Assembly: GCA_027490225.1 (NCBI GenBank)
Contig: JAIXYK010000032.1
Location: 32,418 to 96,417 of the forward strand
Direction: 5' to 3'
Origin: Bacteroidota bacterium
Lineage (GTDB): Bacteria > Bacteroidota > Bacteroidia > M30B66
Length of the DNA: 64,000 nucleotides
Shown here: piece by piece, positions 49,661-59,935 of the stretch
Layout: each line of letters begins with the position of its first letter
How positions within the stretch are numbered: the stretch's first letter is position 1
The notes under the pieces: generated by a model
Database searches by the model: none
The model's input: only the letters and a program-made list of their open reading frames with translations
Told to the model about the DNA's origin: nothing
Position numbers and translations under genes: made by a program

Positions 49661-50904
49661 TTTAACATTTTTTTTGCTAAGTGAATGGCTGATATCATGC
49701 TATCTATTTCTTCAATCGTATTGTAAAATGCGAATGAAGCTCTAATTGTTCCCGGAACCTTAAAAAAGTCCATTACCGGTTGTGCACAATGGTGACCTGT
49801 TCTAACAGCAATTCCTTGTTTATCGAGAATAAAACCAACATCATACGGATGCAAACCATCAATGCTAAAAGAAATCACAGGTACTTTTTGAACCGCTTGG
49901 CCAATTATTCTAACTCCATCAATATTCAGTAAAGCTTCTGTTCCGTAATGAAGCAGACTGTTTTCATAATTCAGCACTTCATCATGGTTCATTTCATTTA
50001 TATAATCTATTGCAGCACCTAAAGCAATTCCTCCTTCAATATTAGGAGTTCCTGCCTCAAATTTAAACGGAGCATCATTATAAGTCGTTTTCTCGAAAGT
50101 TACGGTCTTAATCATATCACCGCCGCCTTGATATGGTGGAATTTCAGCAAGTATTCTTTCTTTCCCGTATAAAATTCCAACACCAGACGGGCCAAACATT
50201 TTATGTGAAGAAAAAACATAGAAATCACAATCCAACGCTTGAACATCAACTTTAAAGTGAGGCACAGCTTGTGCGCCATCCAATAAAATTAAAGCTCCTA
50301 CTTTCCTTGCCATTTCCATTACCTTTTCAACTGGATTAATGGTTCCTAATGCATTCGAAACGTGCATCATTGCTAACATTCGCGTTCTTAGGCCAATAAT
50401 CTTTTCGGCTTCTTCTAAAATTAATTCCCCATTTAAATCCATAGGAATTACTTTCAAAACAGCCCCTGTTTGCTCGCATACCATTTGCCATGGAACTATA
50501 TTAGCATGATGTTCCATTGCTGTAACTACAATCTCATCACCTGGTTTCAGATAATTTCTTCCCCAGGTTTGAGCTACTAAATTTATTGCTTCGGTTGTGC
50601 CTTTTGTAAATACAATTTCACTGCTGGATTTAGCATTTATAAAATGACTCACTTTTGACCTAGCAACCTCATAAGCATCAGTAGCCAATTGACTCAGGTG
50701 ATGTACACCGCGGTGAATATTAGAATTCGTATTTGAGTAATAGTTTACAATTGAATCTATTACCAATTTTGGTTTTTGTGATGTGGCACCATTGTCAAAA
50801 TAAACGAGCGGTTTTCCATTTACCGTTGCAGATAAAATTGGAAAATCTGCACGAATTGCATGCACATCAAAAATTTGTTTTGCCTTCTCCTCTATCGTTT
50901 CCAT
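49657..50904 (-). CDS. sufS: cysteine desulfurase SufS
   Basis: Class-V aminotransferase. The PLP Lys region is SSHKMFGPSGVG, and the motif RTGHHCAQP with the catalytic Cys defines group-II SufS. Confidence 0.9.
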   Translation of the reverse strand: METIEEKAKQIFDVHAIRADFPILSATVNGKPLVYFDNGATSQKPKLVIDSIVNYYSNTNSNIHRGVHHLSQLATDAYEVARSKVSHFINAKSSSEIVFTKGTTEAINLVAQTWGRNYLKPGDEIVVTAMEHHANIVPWQMVCEQTGAVLKVIPMDLNGELILEEAEKIIGLRTRMLAMMHVSNALGTINPVEKVMEMARKVGALILLDGAQAVPHFKVDVQALDCDFYVFSSHKMFGPSGVGILYGKERILAEIPPYQGGGDMIKTVTFEKTTYNDAPFKFEAGTPNIEGGIALGAAIDYINEMNHDEVLNYENSLLHYGTEALLNIDGVRIIGQAVQKVPVISFSIDGLHPYDVGFILDKQGIAVRTGHHCAQPVMDFFKVPGTIRASFAFYNTIEEIDSMISAIHLAKKMLK

Positions 50905-50909
50905 GGGTA

Positions 50910-52232
50910 TTATTTTATTTGTTGAATCATTCCAGAAATAACTTCTGAAAGTTTTGTGCGTAAAGAATCATGCTTAATTTTATTGATAACTTCAGCAGCA
51001 TAAGCATCTAGCAGTAAGGCTTTTGCAATACTTTCTGAAATCCCTCTTGAACGTAAATAAAACAATTGCTCACTATCAATAAAACCTGTTGAAGAGCCAT
51101 GAGAGCATTTTACATCATCTGCATAAATTTCCAATTGAGGCTTGGTGTTAACCGTTGCATCTTCGCTTAGTAAAATATTCTTATTGCTTTGGTAAGCATT
51201 TGTTTTTTGTGCGTCTTGCCTCACAAACACTTTTCCATTAAAAACAGCAGTTCCATCTCCGGCAACAGCACCTTTATACAACTCATTACTTTCGCAATGT
51301 GGCATACTATGGTCAACTAATGTATGATTGTCGAACGTTTCTCCAGATTTTGGAAAATAAAATCCATCCAAATGGGTTTCGCAATGGGTTCCTTTTAAAA
51401 CAATTGTTAAGTTATTTCTAACAAGCTTTCCAGCCAAAGTAACAGTAACAGTTTCAAACTTAGCGTTATTTTGTAAGTAAGCTTCTGTAGTTTGAACTAT
51501 ACCCATTTTCTTACCAACTTCTTGAACATTATACCAACTTACACTTGCTTTCTCTCCAACAACTATTTCTGTAAATCCGTTAATTAATGTAGTTTCATTG
51601 TTATTGGAAGAAACTTGAAGATGGATAAAATTTACCGATGAGCCATTTTCTGCCACTATTAATATTCTTGGCTGAATTAATTTAGGCTCATTTTCAGTAC
51701 TTGACTGAATAATTTGAAAAGTCTTTTCAATATGAACATTTTCAGGGACATATACAAATAATCCATCTTGAAATAATGCAGTATTCAATGCAATAAATGA
51801 ATCAGTATCTGTTTTTGTGTGCATGCCCAAGTGCATTAATGCATGCACATTTTTGCTGGCAATTGCGTCTGCAAGACTACTTACAATTACACCTTGCGGC
51901 CATTCCTTTTTTTGATTCAGTTTTTCATCATAAAATCCATCAATCAAAAACAAATTGTTTGCATCATCTACCATTAATTCGTTTTGCACAACATTACCAG
52001 TAGAATTTCGGGTCAATGAGTGATTTAATTCTGATTTTACAAACGCTTCGAAAGAAAGGTACTTGTATTCTTCCCATTTTTTTGTTGGGAAACCTAAATG
52101 CTTGAAAGCTTCTGCTGCTTTATTCCTAAATCCAGACAGAACAGGATTGTCAGGGAAAAATGCAGTTTTCTGCAATTCAAAATCTGCAAGTAATTTATCT
52201 TTTAACGTAACTCCGTCTACTATAGCACTCAT
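50910..52232 (-). CDS. sufD: Fe-S cluster assembly protein SufD
   Basis: Beta-helix SufB/D family at ~440 aa, lacking the SufB-specific N-terminal region. It is positioned between sufC and sufS. Confidence 0.8.
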   Translation of the reverse strand: MSAIVDGVTLKDKLLADFELQKTAFFPDNPVLSGFRNKAAEAFKHLGFPTKKWEEYKYLSFEAFVKSELNHSLTRNSTGNVVQNELMVDDANNLFLIDGFYDEKLNQKKEWPQGVIVSSLADAIASKNVHALMHLGMHTKTDTDSFIALNTALFQDGLFVYVPENVHIEKTFQIIQSSTENEPKLIQPRILIVAENGSSVNFIHLQVSSNNNETTLINGFTEIVVGEKASVSWYNVQEVGKKMGIVQTTEAYLQNNAKFETVTVTLAGKLVRNNLTIVLKGTHCETHLDGFYFPKSGETFDNHTLVDHSMPHCESNELYKGAVAGDGTAVFNGKVFVRQDAQKTNAYQSNKNILLSEDATVNTKPQLEIYADDVKCSHGSSTGFIDSEQLFYLRSRGISESIAKALLLDAYAAEVINKIKHDSLRTKLSEVISGMIQQIK

Positions 52233-52245
52233 CTTTTCCTATTAT

Positions 52246-53001
52246 TTATGATAATGCCACTTCTTTTTTAATCCAATCGTATCCTTTTTCTTCCAGCTCC
52301 AAAGCCAGTTCTTTTCCGCCTGATTTCACAATTTTTCCATCAAATAAAACATGTACAAAATCAGGAACTATATAATCCAATAAACGCTGATAATGCGTAA
52401 TTACAATAGTTGCGTTTTCCTTCGATTTTAAACGTGTTACACCGTTTGCTACAACACGCAAAGCGTCAATGTCTAAACCTGAATCTGTTTCATCTAAAAC
52501 AGCAAGTTTAGGTTGTAACATGGCCATTTGAAATATCTCATTTCTTTTTTTCTCCCCACCCGAAAAACCTTCGTTTACTGAGCGGTTTGTAAGATTGGTA
52601 TCCATTTCCACTACAGCTTTTTTATCTTTCATTAGTTGAAGAAATTCCTTTGGTTCCATTGGAGGTAACCCTCTGTAAGCCCTTTGCTCGTTGATAGCGG
52701 TCTTTAAGAAGTTAGTAATACTTACTCCTGGAATTTCTACTGGATACTGAAACGCAAGAAAAATTCCCTCACGAGCGCGATCTTCAGGCGCAAGTTCAAG
52801 TAAATCTTTTCCATCAAAAATTATTTCACCAGCTGTTACTTCGTAATCTTCTCTTCCCGCAAGAACAGAAGCCAAAGTACTTTTTCCGGAACCGTTGGGT
52901 CCCATTATAGCATGCACCTCACCAGGCTTCACTTCCAGACTAAACCCTTTCAAAATCTCTTTTTCTTCTACCCTCGCGAAGAGGTTACGTATACTTAACA
53001 T
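52246..53001 (-). CDS. sufC: Fe-S cluster assembly ATPase SufC
   Basis: ABC ATPase: Walker A GPNGSGKST, signature FSGGEKKR and Walker B LAVLDETDSGLD. Confidence 0.95.
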   Translation of the reverse strand: MLSIRNLFARVEEKEILKGFSLEVKPGEVHAIMGPNGSGKSTLASVLAGREDYEVTAGEIIFDGKDLLELAPEDRAREGIFLAFQYPVEIPGVSITNFLKTAINEQRAYRGLPPMEPKEFLQLMKDKKAVVEMDTNLTNRSVNEGFSGGEKKRNEIFQMAMLQPKLAVLDETDSGLDIDALRVVANGVTRLKSKENATIVITHYQRLLDYIVPDFVHVLFDGKIVKSGGKELALELEEKGYDWIKKEVALS

Positions 53002-53180
53002 GTGCTTGAATTTTGTGCTTGTTTAAAATCATTCTAAATAATTTGCAAAATTAACAGTTTTATGTGGATAAAGTTTAGTTTTTTTTATTTGAAAACTACC
53101 TATTCCTCAGAGAGTTTGATGTGATAAGTATGAAACTGTAATAATAATCATATATAACTGATATTTAGTGTCATAAAATA

Positions 53181-53223
53181 TATATATGAAATTTTGCAAT
53201 TAATTTGCAAAATTTCATATATA
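53181..53223. promoter_or_regulatory. perfect 43-bp palindrome (19-bp arms, 5-bp spacer) in the sufC/ATPase divergent intergenic region
   Basis: TATATATGAAATTTTGCAA-ttaat-TTGCAAAATTTCATATATA. The right arm runs into a TATATTTG -7-like element. A related ATTTGCAAAAT copy lies at ~53040-53052. Confidence 0.55.
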
Positions 53224-53234
53224 TTTGTGAAATG

Positions 53235-54410
53235 TTTCACAGACAACTAATTACGAAGCTAAACCGGTTGGCAATTCAGTTCCCGGTTTTGGCCATAACA
53301 GGACCAAGACAAGTTGGAAAAAGCACCTTAGCTAAGATGTTTGCAGAGGTAGCTGGCAAAAAATTTATCCTTTTCGACTTAGAAAAACCTTCTGACCAGC
53401 TTGCTTTAGAAGAACAAACAACGCAGGTACTAGAAAGTCACAGGGATAATCTTGTAATAATTGACGAGGTACAAAGACAAAAGGCGCTTTTCCCAATAAT
53501 GAGGTATTTAGTAGATGAGCATAGAATTCCGCTACGCTTCTTGCTTTTGGGTTCTGCTTCACCAGAGTTAATTAAAAATAGTGCTGAATCTTTAGCGGGA
53601 AGAATTGCTTTTGCAGAGCTAAGCGGATTTCTACCGTTGGAAACAGGAATTGAATCCTGGAGAAAACTCTGGTTTAGAGGCGGATATCCTACTGCATTTA
53701 TACAAGACGATAATGAACTAAGAAGAGATTGGTTTGAAAACTATATAAATACTTATGTTCAAAGAGATCTCCCTCTATTAGGAATGCCATCAGAGCCAGG
53801 AGTTACCATTAGGCTTTTATACATGTTAGCGCATTTAAATGGGCAGGTATTAAATATGAGCACCCTTGCGCGAAACTTAGGACTTAGTGTAAATACGATA
53901 AAAACGTATTTGTTTTTTCTCGAGAATGCAGGATTAATAAGACTTCTGCAGCCATGGTTTGTAAATTCGTCTAAACGATTGGTTAAAAACCCAAAACTAT
54001 ATTTTAGAGATACTGGTATTCTTCATTTTTTACTGGGTATTTATAAGGAACAAGATGTTTTAATACATCCTGCTTGTGGAGCCTCTTTTGAAGGATTTAT
54101 AATTGAAAAAACACTTGCGAACCCGAATTTAAACTTGCATGGATATTTCTATTCTGAACACAGTGGCGGAGAAATAGATTTAATGCTTGTTGAAGGTATG
54201 AACATAAAATGTACAATTGAAATCAAACTTGGAGGAATTAGCAACTTGAGCAAGGTTTCTAAAGTGCTTCATCAGAATTTTTCAAGTGCATCAAGGGTTT
54301 TAGTGAGTGGTGAAACAAATAAAAATATGCAACTGTCGAATAATATGGAAATGAAGACTGTTGAAAATTACTTTACAGAATTTCTTGGAGCGCGTGAAGC
54401 AAATTCTTAG
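53235..54410 (+). CDS. AAA-family ATPase with C-terminal DUF4143-type domain
   Basis: Walker A ITGPRQVGKSTLAK and Walker B LVIIDEVQ. I prefer the ATG at MFHRQLI over the track's TTG at 53205, which lies inside the palindrome. Confidence 0.8.
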   Translation, partial: FHRQLITKLNRLAIQFPVLAITGPRQVGKSTLAKMFAEVAGKKFILFDLEKPSDQLALEEQTTQVLESHRDNLVIIDEVQRQKALFPIMRYLVDEHRIPLRFLLLGSASPELIKNSAESLAGRIAFAELSGFLPLETGIESWRKLWFRGGYPTAFIQDDNELRRDWFENYINTYVQRDLPLLGMPSEPGVTIRLLYMLAHLNGQVLNMSTLARNLGLSVNTIKTYLFFLENAGLIRLLQPWFVNSSKRLVKNPKLYFRDTGILHFLLGIYKEQDVLIHPACGASFEGFIIEKTLANPNLNLHGYFYSEHSGGEIDLMLVEGMNIKCTIEIKLGGISNLSKVSKVLHQNFSSASRVLVSGETNKNMQLSNNMEMKTVENYFTEFLGAREANS

Positions 54411-54480
54411 TAAGTTGAAAATATTTTCAATTGAGAAAATGGTTAATTTAATAATTACCTTCTTGCAAACATCATTCGCC

Positions 54481-54488
54481 AAATTGCG
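54481..54488 (+). promoter_or_regulatory. -7 element TACTTTTG immediately upstream of lepA
   Basis: TACTTTTGCAGCC ends only a few nt before the first in-frame start codons. This implies a very short leader. Confidence 0.4.
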
Positions 54489-54503
54489 TTACTTTTGCAG
54501 CCG

Positions 54504-56291
54504 ATGAAAAACATTCGTAACTTTTGCATCATTGCACACATAGACCATGGTAAATCAACCTTGGCCGATCGTCTCCTTGAATTTACCAATACAATTACTA
54601 AGCGCGAATCGCAAGCTCAGGTCCTCGACGACATGGATTTAGAGCGTGAGCGCGGTATTACCATTAAAAGTAAAGCCATTAAAATGGAATATCTTTTAAA
54701 TGGAGAAAAATACATTTTGAACCTAATTGATACTCCGGGACACGTTGACTTCTCTTATGAAGTTTCACGTTCTATTGCAGCATGCGAAGGAGCTTTGCTC
54801 ATAGTAGATGCTGCACAAGGTATTCAAGCACAAACCATTAGTAATTTATATCTGGCTTTAGAGCACGATTTAGAAATTATTCCTATTCTTAATAAAATGG
54901 ACTTGCCGGGCGCAATGCCAGAAGAGGTAAAAGATCAAATTGTGGAATTAATTGGATGCAAACGCGAAGATATTCTCGCTGCATCTGGTAAAACAGGCAT
55001 GGGCGTTCACGATATTTTAGAAGCGATTGTTAGCCGCGTGCCTGCTCCAAAAGGTGACCCAAATGGAGAATTGCAGGCATTGATTTTTGATTCTGTATTT
55101 AACTCTTTCCGTGGTATTTATGCGTATTTTCGTGTAATTAATGGTTCAATTAAAAAAGGCGACAAGGTAAAATTCATGTCAACTGGAAGTGAATATTTTG
55201 CTGATGAAATTGGCTCCTTGCGATTAAAACCAGAACCAAGAAATGAAGTAAATGCAGGTGACGTTGGTTATTTAATTTCCGGAATCAAAGAAGCCAAAGA
55301 AGTAAAAGTGGGCGACACCATTACACATGTTGACAAACCTTGCAAAGAACAAATCAAAGGTTTTGAAGATGTGAAACCAATGGTATTTGCGGGAATTTTC
55401 CCAGTTGATACTGAAGATTACGAAGAACTGAGGTATTCTATGGAAAAACTTCAGTTAAATGATGCATCGCTTACTTTCGAGCCAGAATCATCTGCGGCTT
55501 TAGGATTTGGTTTCCGTTGTGGTTTCCTAGGAATGCTCCACATGGAGATTATTCAGGAAAGACTGGAACGCGAATTTAACATGACAGTAATCACTACAGT
55601 TCCAAACGTTTCTTATAAAGCTTATAAAACAAATGGAGAAGAGTTAATTGTAAATAATCCAACTGACTTACCCGATCCTAGCAAATTAGATAGAATTGAG
55701 GAGCCTTACATTCGTGCACAAGTAATTACAAAATCAGAATACACCGGTGCCATTATGACATTGTGTATTCAAAAAAGAGGATTCCTTGTAAATCAAAATT
55801 ACTTAACTACAGACCGTGTTGAATTGGTATTTGAAATGCCGATGGGTGAAATTGTTTTCGATTTCTATGATAAATTGAAGTCATTATCAAGAGGTTATGC
55901 CTCATTTGATTATCATCCAATTAATTACCGGGAATCAAAACTGGTGAAGCTAGATTTAATGTTGAATGGAGAACCTGTGGATGCTTTGTCTTCTTTGATA
56001 CACAGAGACAATGCGTATGATTTTGGTAAAAAGATTTGCGAGAAACTAAAGGAATTACTGCCGCGTCAACAATTTGAAATTGCGATTCAAGCCTCAATTG
56101 GTGCAAAAATTATTGCACGTGAAACTGTGAAAGCGATGCGTAAAGATGTAACTGCAAAATGTTACGGAGGAGATATCTCCAGAAAGCGTAAATTGTTGGA
56201 TAAGCAGAAAGAAGGTAAGAAACGCATGCGCCAAGTTGGTTCTGTAGAAATTCCACAAACCGCATTCATGGCGGTGTTGAAGCTCGATTAG
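54504..56291 (+). CDS. lepA: translation elongation factor 4 (LepA)
   Basis: [25 protein letters not shown]... is colinear with EF4 and includes the LepA-specific C-terminal domain. The track start three codons upstream is less likely. Confidence 0.95.
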   Translation: MKNIRNFCIIAHIDHGKSTLADRLLEFTNTITKRESQAQVLDDMDLERERGITIKSKAIKMEYLLNGEKYILNLIDTPGHVDFSYEVSRSIAACEGALLIVDAAQGIQAQTISNLYLALEHDLEIIPILNKMDLPGAMPEEVKDQIVELIGCKREDILAASGKTGMGVHDILEAIVSRVPAPKGDPNGELQALIFDSVFNSFRGIYAYFRVINGSIKKGDKVKFMSTGSEYFADEIGSLRLKPEPRNEVNAGDVGYLISGIKEAKEVKVGDTITHVDKPCKEQIKGFEDVKPMVFAGIFPVDTEDYEELRYSMEKLQLNDASLTFEPESSAALGFGFRCGFLGMLHMEIIQERLEREFNMTVITTVPNVSYKAYKTNGEELIVNNPTDLPDPSKLDRIEEPYIRAQVITKSEYTGAIMTLCIQKRGFLVNQNYLTTDRVELVFEMPMGEIVFDFYDKLKSLSRGYASFDYHPINYRESKLVKLDLMLNGEPVDALSSLIHRDNAYDFGKKICEKLKELLPRQQFEIAIQASIGAKIIARETVKAMRKDVTAKCYGGDISRKRKLLDKQKEGKKRMRQVGSVEIPQTAFMAVLKLD

Positions 56292-56358
56292 AAAATAATT
56301 TAAGCAAACTGTAACTTTTATTTTTTGAATTGCTCTTAGGGCTCAAATTCTCCCAATT

Positions 56359-56844
56359 GTGACTGTAGCAGAATTCAATAAAAGTGTAGACTTATTCTCA
56401 GATAACATCTATCGTTTCGTGTTAAAAAACATGCGAAGCGAAGATGAGGCAAGAGATATTGTACAAGATACTTTCGAAAAAGTTTGGCTCAAAGCGGCCG
56501 AAGTTTCGTTTGAAAAAGCAAAGTCGTATTTGTTTACTACAGCTTACAGGCTAATGTTGGAGAGAATTCGCAAAAGCAGGCGCACCACTTCAATTGATCA
56601 TTCACTTAGAGTGGTTTCTGTAGATGAGCAACCCGATTTTGATGTAATAAAAATATTGAACGAAGGAATTTCCCGATTACCAGAAGATCAGCGTTCGGTT
56701 TTGTTGTTACGTGATTATGAAGGTTATCATTATGATGAAATCGGGCAAATTACTGGATTAAATGAAAGCCAGGTGAAAGTCTATATTTACAGAGCACGTG
56801 TGTTTTTAAAAAATTATATTGTAGCAGCTGAGAATTTAATATGA
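56359..56844 (+). CDS. ECF RNA polymerase sigma factor
   Basis: Sigma-70 region 2 (DIVQDTFEKVWLK...YLFTTAYRLMLERIRK) and region 4 (SVLLLRDYEGYHYDEIGQITGLNESQVKVYIYRAR). Apparent GTG start. Confidence 0.8.
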   Translation: MTVAEFNKSVDLFSDNIYRFVLKNMRSEDEARDIVQDTFEKVWLKAAEVSFEKAKSYLFTTAYRLMLERIRKSRRTTSIDHSLRVVSVDEQPDFDVIKILNEGISRLPEDQRSVLLLRDYEGYHYDEIGQITGLNESQVKVYIYRARVFLKNYIVAAENLI

Positions 56845-58082
56845 GCAAAATTACTACATATAATTACGAGGCCTTTTTATTAGATTATTGGGAAGGAAAT
56901 TTGCCTGCTGAAGATATTGCAGAATTAATCTTATTTATTAATAATAATCCAGCATTAAATATAGAATTAAATGATTTACCGAATTTTGAACCACTAGATA
57001 ATAGCAAGATTTCTGCAGATTTCAAATTCAATTTAAAAAAATCGGCTGATGATGTAAAAGATAGATTTAATGAATTATGTATTGAATTTTATAATAAAAC
57101 AATTACTGCCGAAAATAAAATAGCATTAGATGCAATTACAAAAGAATTTCCCACTTTAGAAATTGAATTTAAATATTTCGGAATTACTTATTTAAAACCT
57201 GATTTAGATGTATTTTTTCAAAATAAATCAGTATTACAAAAATCATTTATTCCTGCGAACAGCTTTGAATATAAAGCTATTCAATACCTTGAAAATGAAT
57301 TGAGCAGCTCTGAAAAAGAAACATTTGAAAAAGAAGTTGCCGAAAATGAAGGATTAAAAATCGAATTAAATAAATATAAAATAACTAAACTAGTTGATGT
57401 AGATATTATATTCGAACACAAAAATAAATTATATAAAACAGAAAATAAAAAAGGAATTGTTCCGATTTGGATGCGTTATGCGGCTGCCGCTGCAATTTTT
57501 ATTAGTGCCGGAATTTATTTTGTGAATAAGGATTCAATTAAAAACCAAGGAATTGCAAGTATTCAACCTGATACAACAAATTACATTAGACCCGTAAAGA
57601 ATAATGTGCTGGAAATAGATACTACTTTCGAAAAACAATTAATTATTCCTAATAAAAAGCTAGATATTCAAAAGTCAACAATTCAAGAAAATAAAATAAC
57701 TCCTGAGCCACTGTTTACTTTGAGGCATAAAGCTAGCATTGAAATAGAAGAGCCATTTGTTTTAGAAACAGAATATCTGGCAAATATTTCACTTCCTGAC
57801 CTTGTGTTAAATGAGACAGCAGAATTGACAAATAATAACGAAATATCTTCACGGAATTTATTTATTAAAAAGATAAAGAAAATTCTTAAAAAAGAAAATA
57901 TAGATTTAGATACACCAATTGAAAGTATTAAAGAAAATGGTTTGGCAGAATCTAGCATTAAAGGATTAGAATTAATTACCAATGGAGCCATAAGTGTACA
58001 AAGAGAAAATACCGAAAATGGCAAAAGATACAAGGGTTTTAGCATTGGTTCATTGAGCTACAGCCGCTCAAATTCAAAATAA
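56841..58082 (+). CDS. putative anti-sigma factor (single-pass membrane protein)
   Basis: Its start overlaps the sigma stop. An N-terminal cytoplasmic segment is followed by one TM (WMRYAAAAAIFISAGIYFV) and an extracytoplasmic domain. Confidence 0.6.
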   Translation: MSKITTYNYEAFLLDYWEGNLPAEDIAELILFINNNPALNIELNDLPNFEPLDNSKISADFKFNLKKSADDVKDRFNELCIEFYNKTITAENKIALDAITKEFPTLEIEFKYFGITYLKPDLDVFFQNKSVLQKSFIPANSFEYKAIQYLENELSSSEKETFEKEVAENEGLKIELNKYKITKLVDVDIIFEHKNKLYKTENKKGIVPIWMRYAAAAAIFISAGIYFVNKDSIKNQGIASIQPDTTNYIRPVKNNVLEIDTTFEKQLIIPNKKLDIQKSTIQENKITPEPLFTLRHKASIEIEEPFVLETEYLANISLPDLVLNETAELTNNNEISSRNLFIKKIKKILKKENIDLDTPIESIKENGLAESSIKGLELITNGAISVQRENTENGKRYKGFSIGSLSYSRSNSK

Positions 58083-58153
58083 TTTAATGCCTCGTGTAAC
58101 TTTTAATTTAATTGCATCTCTTACCTCCAAAATAACCCACAAATAATATAATT

Positions 58154-59602
58154 ATGAAAAATTCAATTTTAACTGTTGCAATAATGTTAATTTCTTGCAT
58201 TTCATTAATTGCACAAACTGGACTTGAAAAACGAGAATTAGCCGCATTTCAAGAAATAAATATTGCAGGAAATTTAGACGTATTTATAAGTCAATCTAAT
58301 GAAGAAAGTATTAGTGCCAATGCTGAAGATTTTAAAACAATGCAAATATCAAATGATAAAAATGTATTATTGTTAAGCGGCGCTACAGAAGGAAAAGTTT
58401 ACATTAAATTAAAAGAATTAAATTCATTAATTATATCGGGTTCTTCGGATGTATATAGTTCTGATACATTAAAAGGGAATAATTTTAAATTAATTTGTTC
58501 CGGAGCTGGTGATGCCAATTTACTTTTTAAGTATAACGAAATTGAAGCATTAATAAGCGGAACTTCTGATGCGAAGTTGGCAGGTTCTGCTAATAACTTA
58601 AAAGGAATAGTTTCTGGAGCAGGTGATTTAAAAGCATATAAATTAATTGTACAAAATGCTGATTTATTGATTTCGGGAAGCGGAGATGCACAAGTAAATG
58701 TGGCTGTTAAATTAAAGGCGAGTGTTGCAGGAGCGGGTACATTATATCACGCTGGCGAGCCCAAAGAAATGGATGTGAATGTTTCAGGCTCTGGAGAAGT
58801 GAAAAAATCTAATACTGAAGCTGGGGCATCAGATACAACACGCATACAGTTAGGAAATAAACAAATAATTATTTTAGATAAAGACGGAAAAAACAAAATT
58901 GAAATAGGTGATGATGTGATGGTTGATGGAGAAATAAAAGGAGAAAAAGAAAAGAAAAAAAGAAAACCACAAAGTATCTGGTCAGGTTTTGAAATGGGAA
59001 TTAATGGTTATTTAAATGCTGACAATACTTTAAATATGGACAGTGTGAATCAGGCATATTCTTTAAATTATGGAAAAAGTCTTGTGGTAAACATTAATTT
59101 TTATGAATTAAAAGGTAGAATATTAAAGGATAATATTACAGTAACTACTGGTCTAGGAAGCGAAATAAATAATTATCGCTTTGAGAATAATACGAAATTA
59201 ATTTCCAATTCAAATCCAACTACAGCAGAAATAGAAAGCAATTTATATTACGATAAAAGCAAATTAACAACGGCTTATTTAAATGCACCATTATATTTAT
59301 CTTTTGCTACCAATCCATTTAAAAATGGAAAAAGATTGAGCATTTCTCCTGGAATTACTGCTGGCTGGAGATTTACAACATACAACAAACGTGTTGTAGA
59401 AAACAATGGCGACCGCAACAAAATTAGAACCCGCGACGATTTTAATATTAATCCATTTAGGGTGAATGCTTCCTTAAGATTGGCATACGGCAGTTTTGTA
59501 CTATTTGCAAATTACTCTGTAACTGATTTCTTTCAAAAAGATAAAGGACCAAATTTAATGCCTTTTTCAGCGGGAATAAGATTGGTAGGATTAGGGGATT
59601 AA
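58154..59602 (+). CDS. secreted protein with DUF4097/DUF2807-like 'adhesin head' beta-helix repeats and a C-terminal beta-rich domain
   Basis: Signal peptide; repeated motifs (I/L)SGSGD...SG(A/S)GD at ~20-aa periodicity; the C-terminus ends with alternating aromatic/hydrophobic beta-strands. Confidence 0.65.
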   Translation: MKNSILTVAIMLISCISLIAQTGLEKRELAAFQEINIAGNLDVFISQSNEESISANAEDFKTMQISNDKNVLLLSGATEGKVYIKLKELNSLIISGSSDVYSSDTLKGNNFKLICSGAGDANLLFKYNEIEALISGTSDAKLAGSANNLKGIVSGAGDLKAYKLIVQNADLLISGSGDAQVNVAVKLKASVAGAGTLYHAGEPKEMDVNVSGSGEVKKSNTEAGASDTTRIQLGNKQIIILDKDGKNKIEIGDDVMVDGEIKGEKEKKKRKPQSIWSGFEMGINGYLNADNTLNMDSVNQAYSLNYGKSLVVNINFYELKGRILKDNITVTTGLGSEINNYRFENNTKLISNSNPTTAEIESNLYYDKSKLTTAYLNAPLYLSFATNPFKNGKRLSISPGITAGWRFTTYNKRVVENNGDRNKIRTRDDFNINPFRVNASLRLAYGSFVLFANYSVTDFFQKDKGPNLMPFSAGIRLVGLGD

Positions 59603-59615
59603 GATTCTCAAAAAT

Positions 59616-59657
59616 AAAGCCTTCATCAAGATAACTTGGTGAAGGCTTTATTTTTGA
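59616..59657 (+). terminator. rho-independent terminator
   Basis: 15-bp stem AAAGCCTTCATCAAG...CTTGGTGAAGGCTTT (one G-U wobble), loop ATAA, then TTTTTG. Confidence 0.8.
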
Positions 59658-59837
59658 GAATTCGTTTTTGTATAATTTGAAATTAAATAAACGGTTATAA
59701 ACACTTGTTATTGAATTAAATTAGAGGAATTATTAGTTTTTTAAGACAGATTGTATGTTTAGATTTATTTTAAAAGAACTTTTAAATCTTTAATTTCAGG
59801 TAATTTAGAATTCTTAAATTACTTGCAATTAAAAATG

Positions 59838-59935
59838 TTCCTAAGATGCCCCGCGGCCCCGATAGCAGTGATAGCCCGGAGCGACACTGGAGCGAGGACT
59901 AGAACGGATAGCGGGAAAAGCCGCCCAAATAAAAA
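59838..59935 (+). other. GC-rich (~60% GC) ~100-nt island in the corA 5' region; candidate structured leader or ncRNA
   Basis: GATGCCCCGCGGCCCCGATAGCAGTGATAGCCCGGAGCGACACTGGAGCGAGGACTAGAACGGATAGCGGGAAAAGCCGCC sits in otherwise ~30% GC intergenic DNA. It carries GATAGC x3 and GGAGCG x2 direct repeats and a GCCGCCCAAAUAAAAAAUG stretch. Confidence 0.3.

Noticed and set aside
53205-53234. TTG start for the AAA ATPase
   Set aside because: It lies within the palindrome; the ATG ten codons downstream is preceded by a TATATTTG -7 element.
59838-59935. GC-rich island as a tRNA, tmRNA, RNase P or SRP RNA gene, or as a canonical M-box riboswitch
   Set aside because: There is no T-loop GTTCRANYC, no anticodon-stem architecture and no match to the conserved cores of RNase P, 4.5S RNA or tmRNA. 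The resemblance to the M-box is limited to one short segment. It is kept only as an unclassified candidate structured element.
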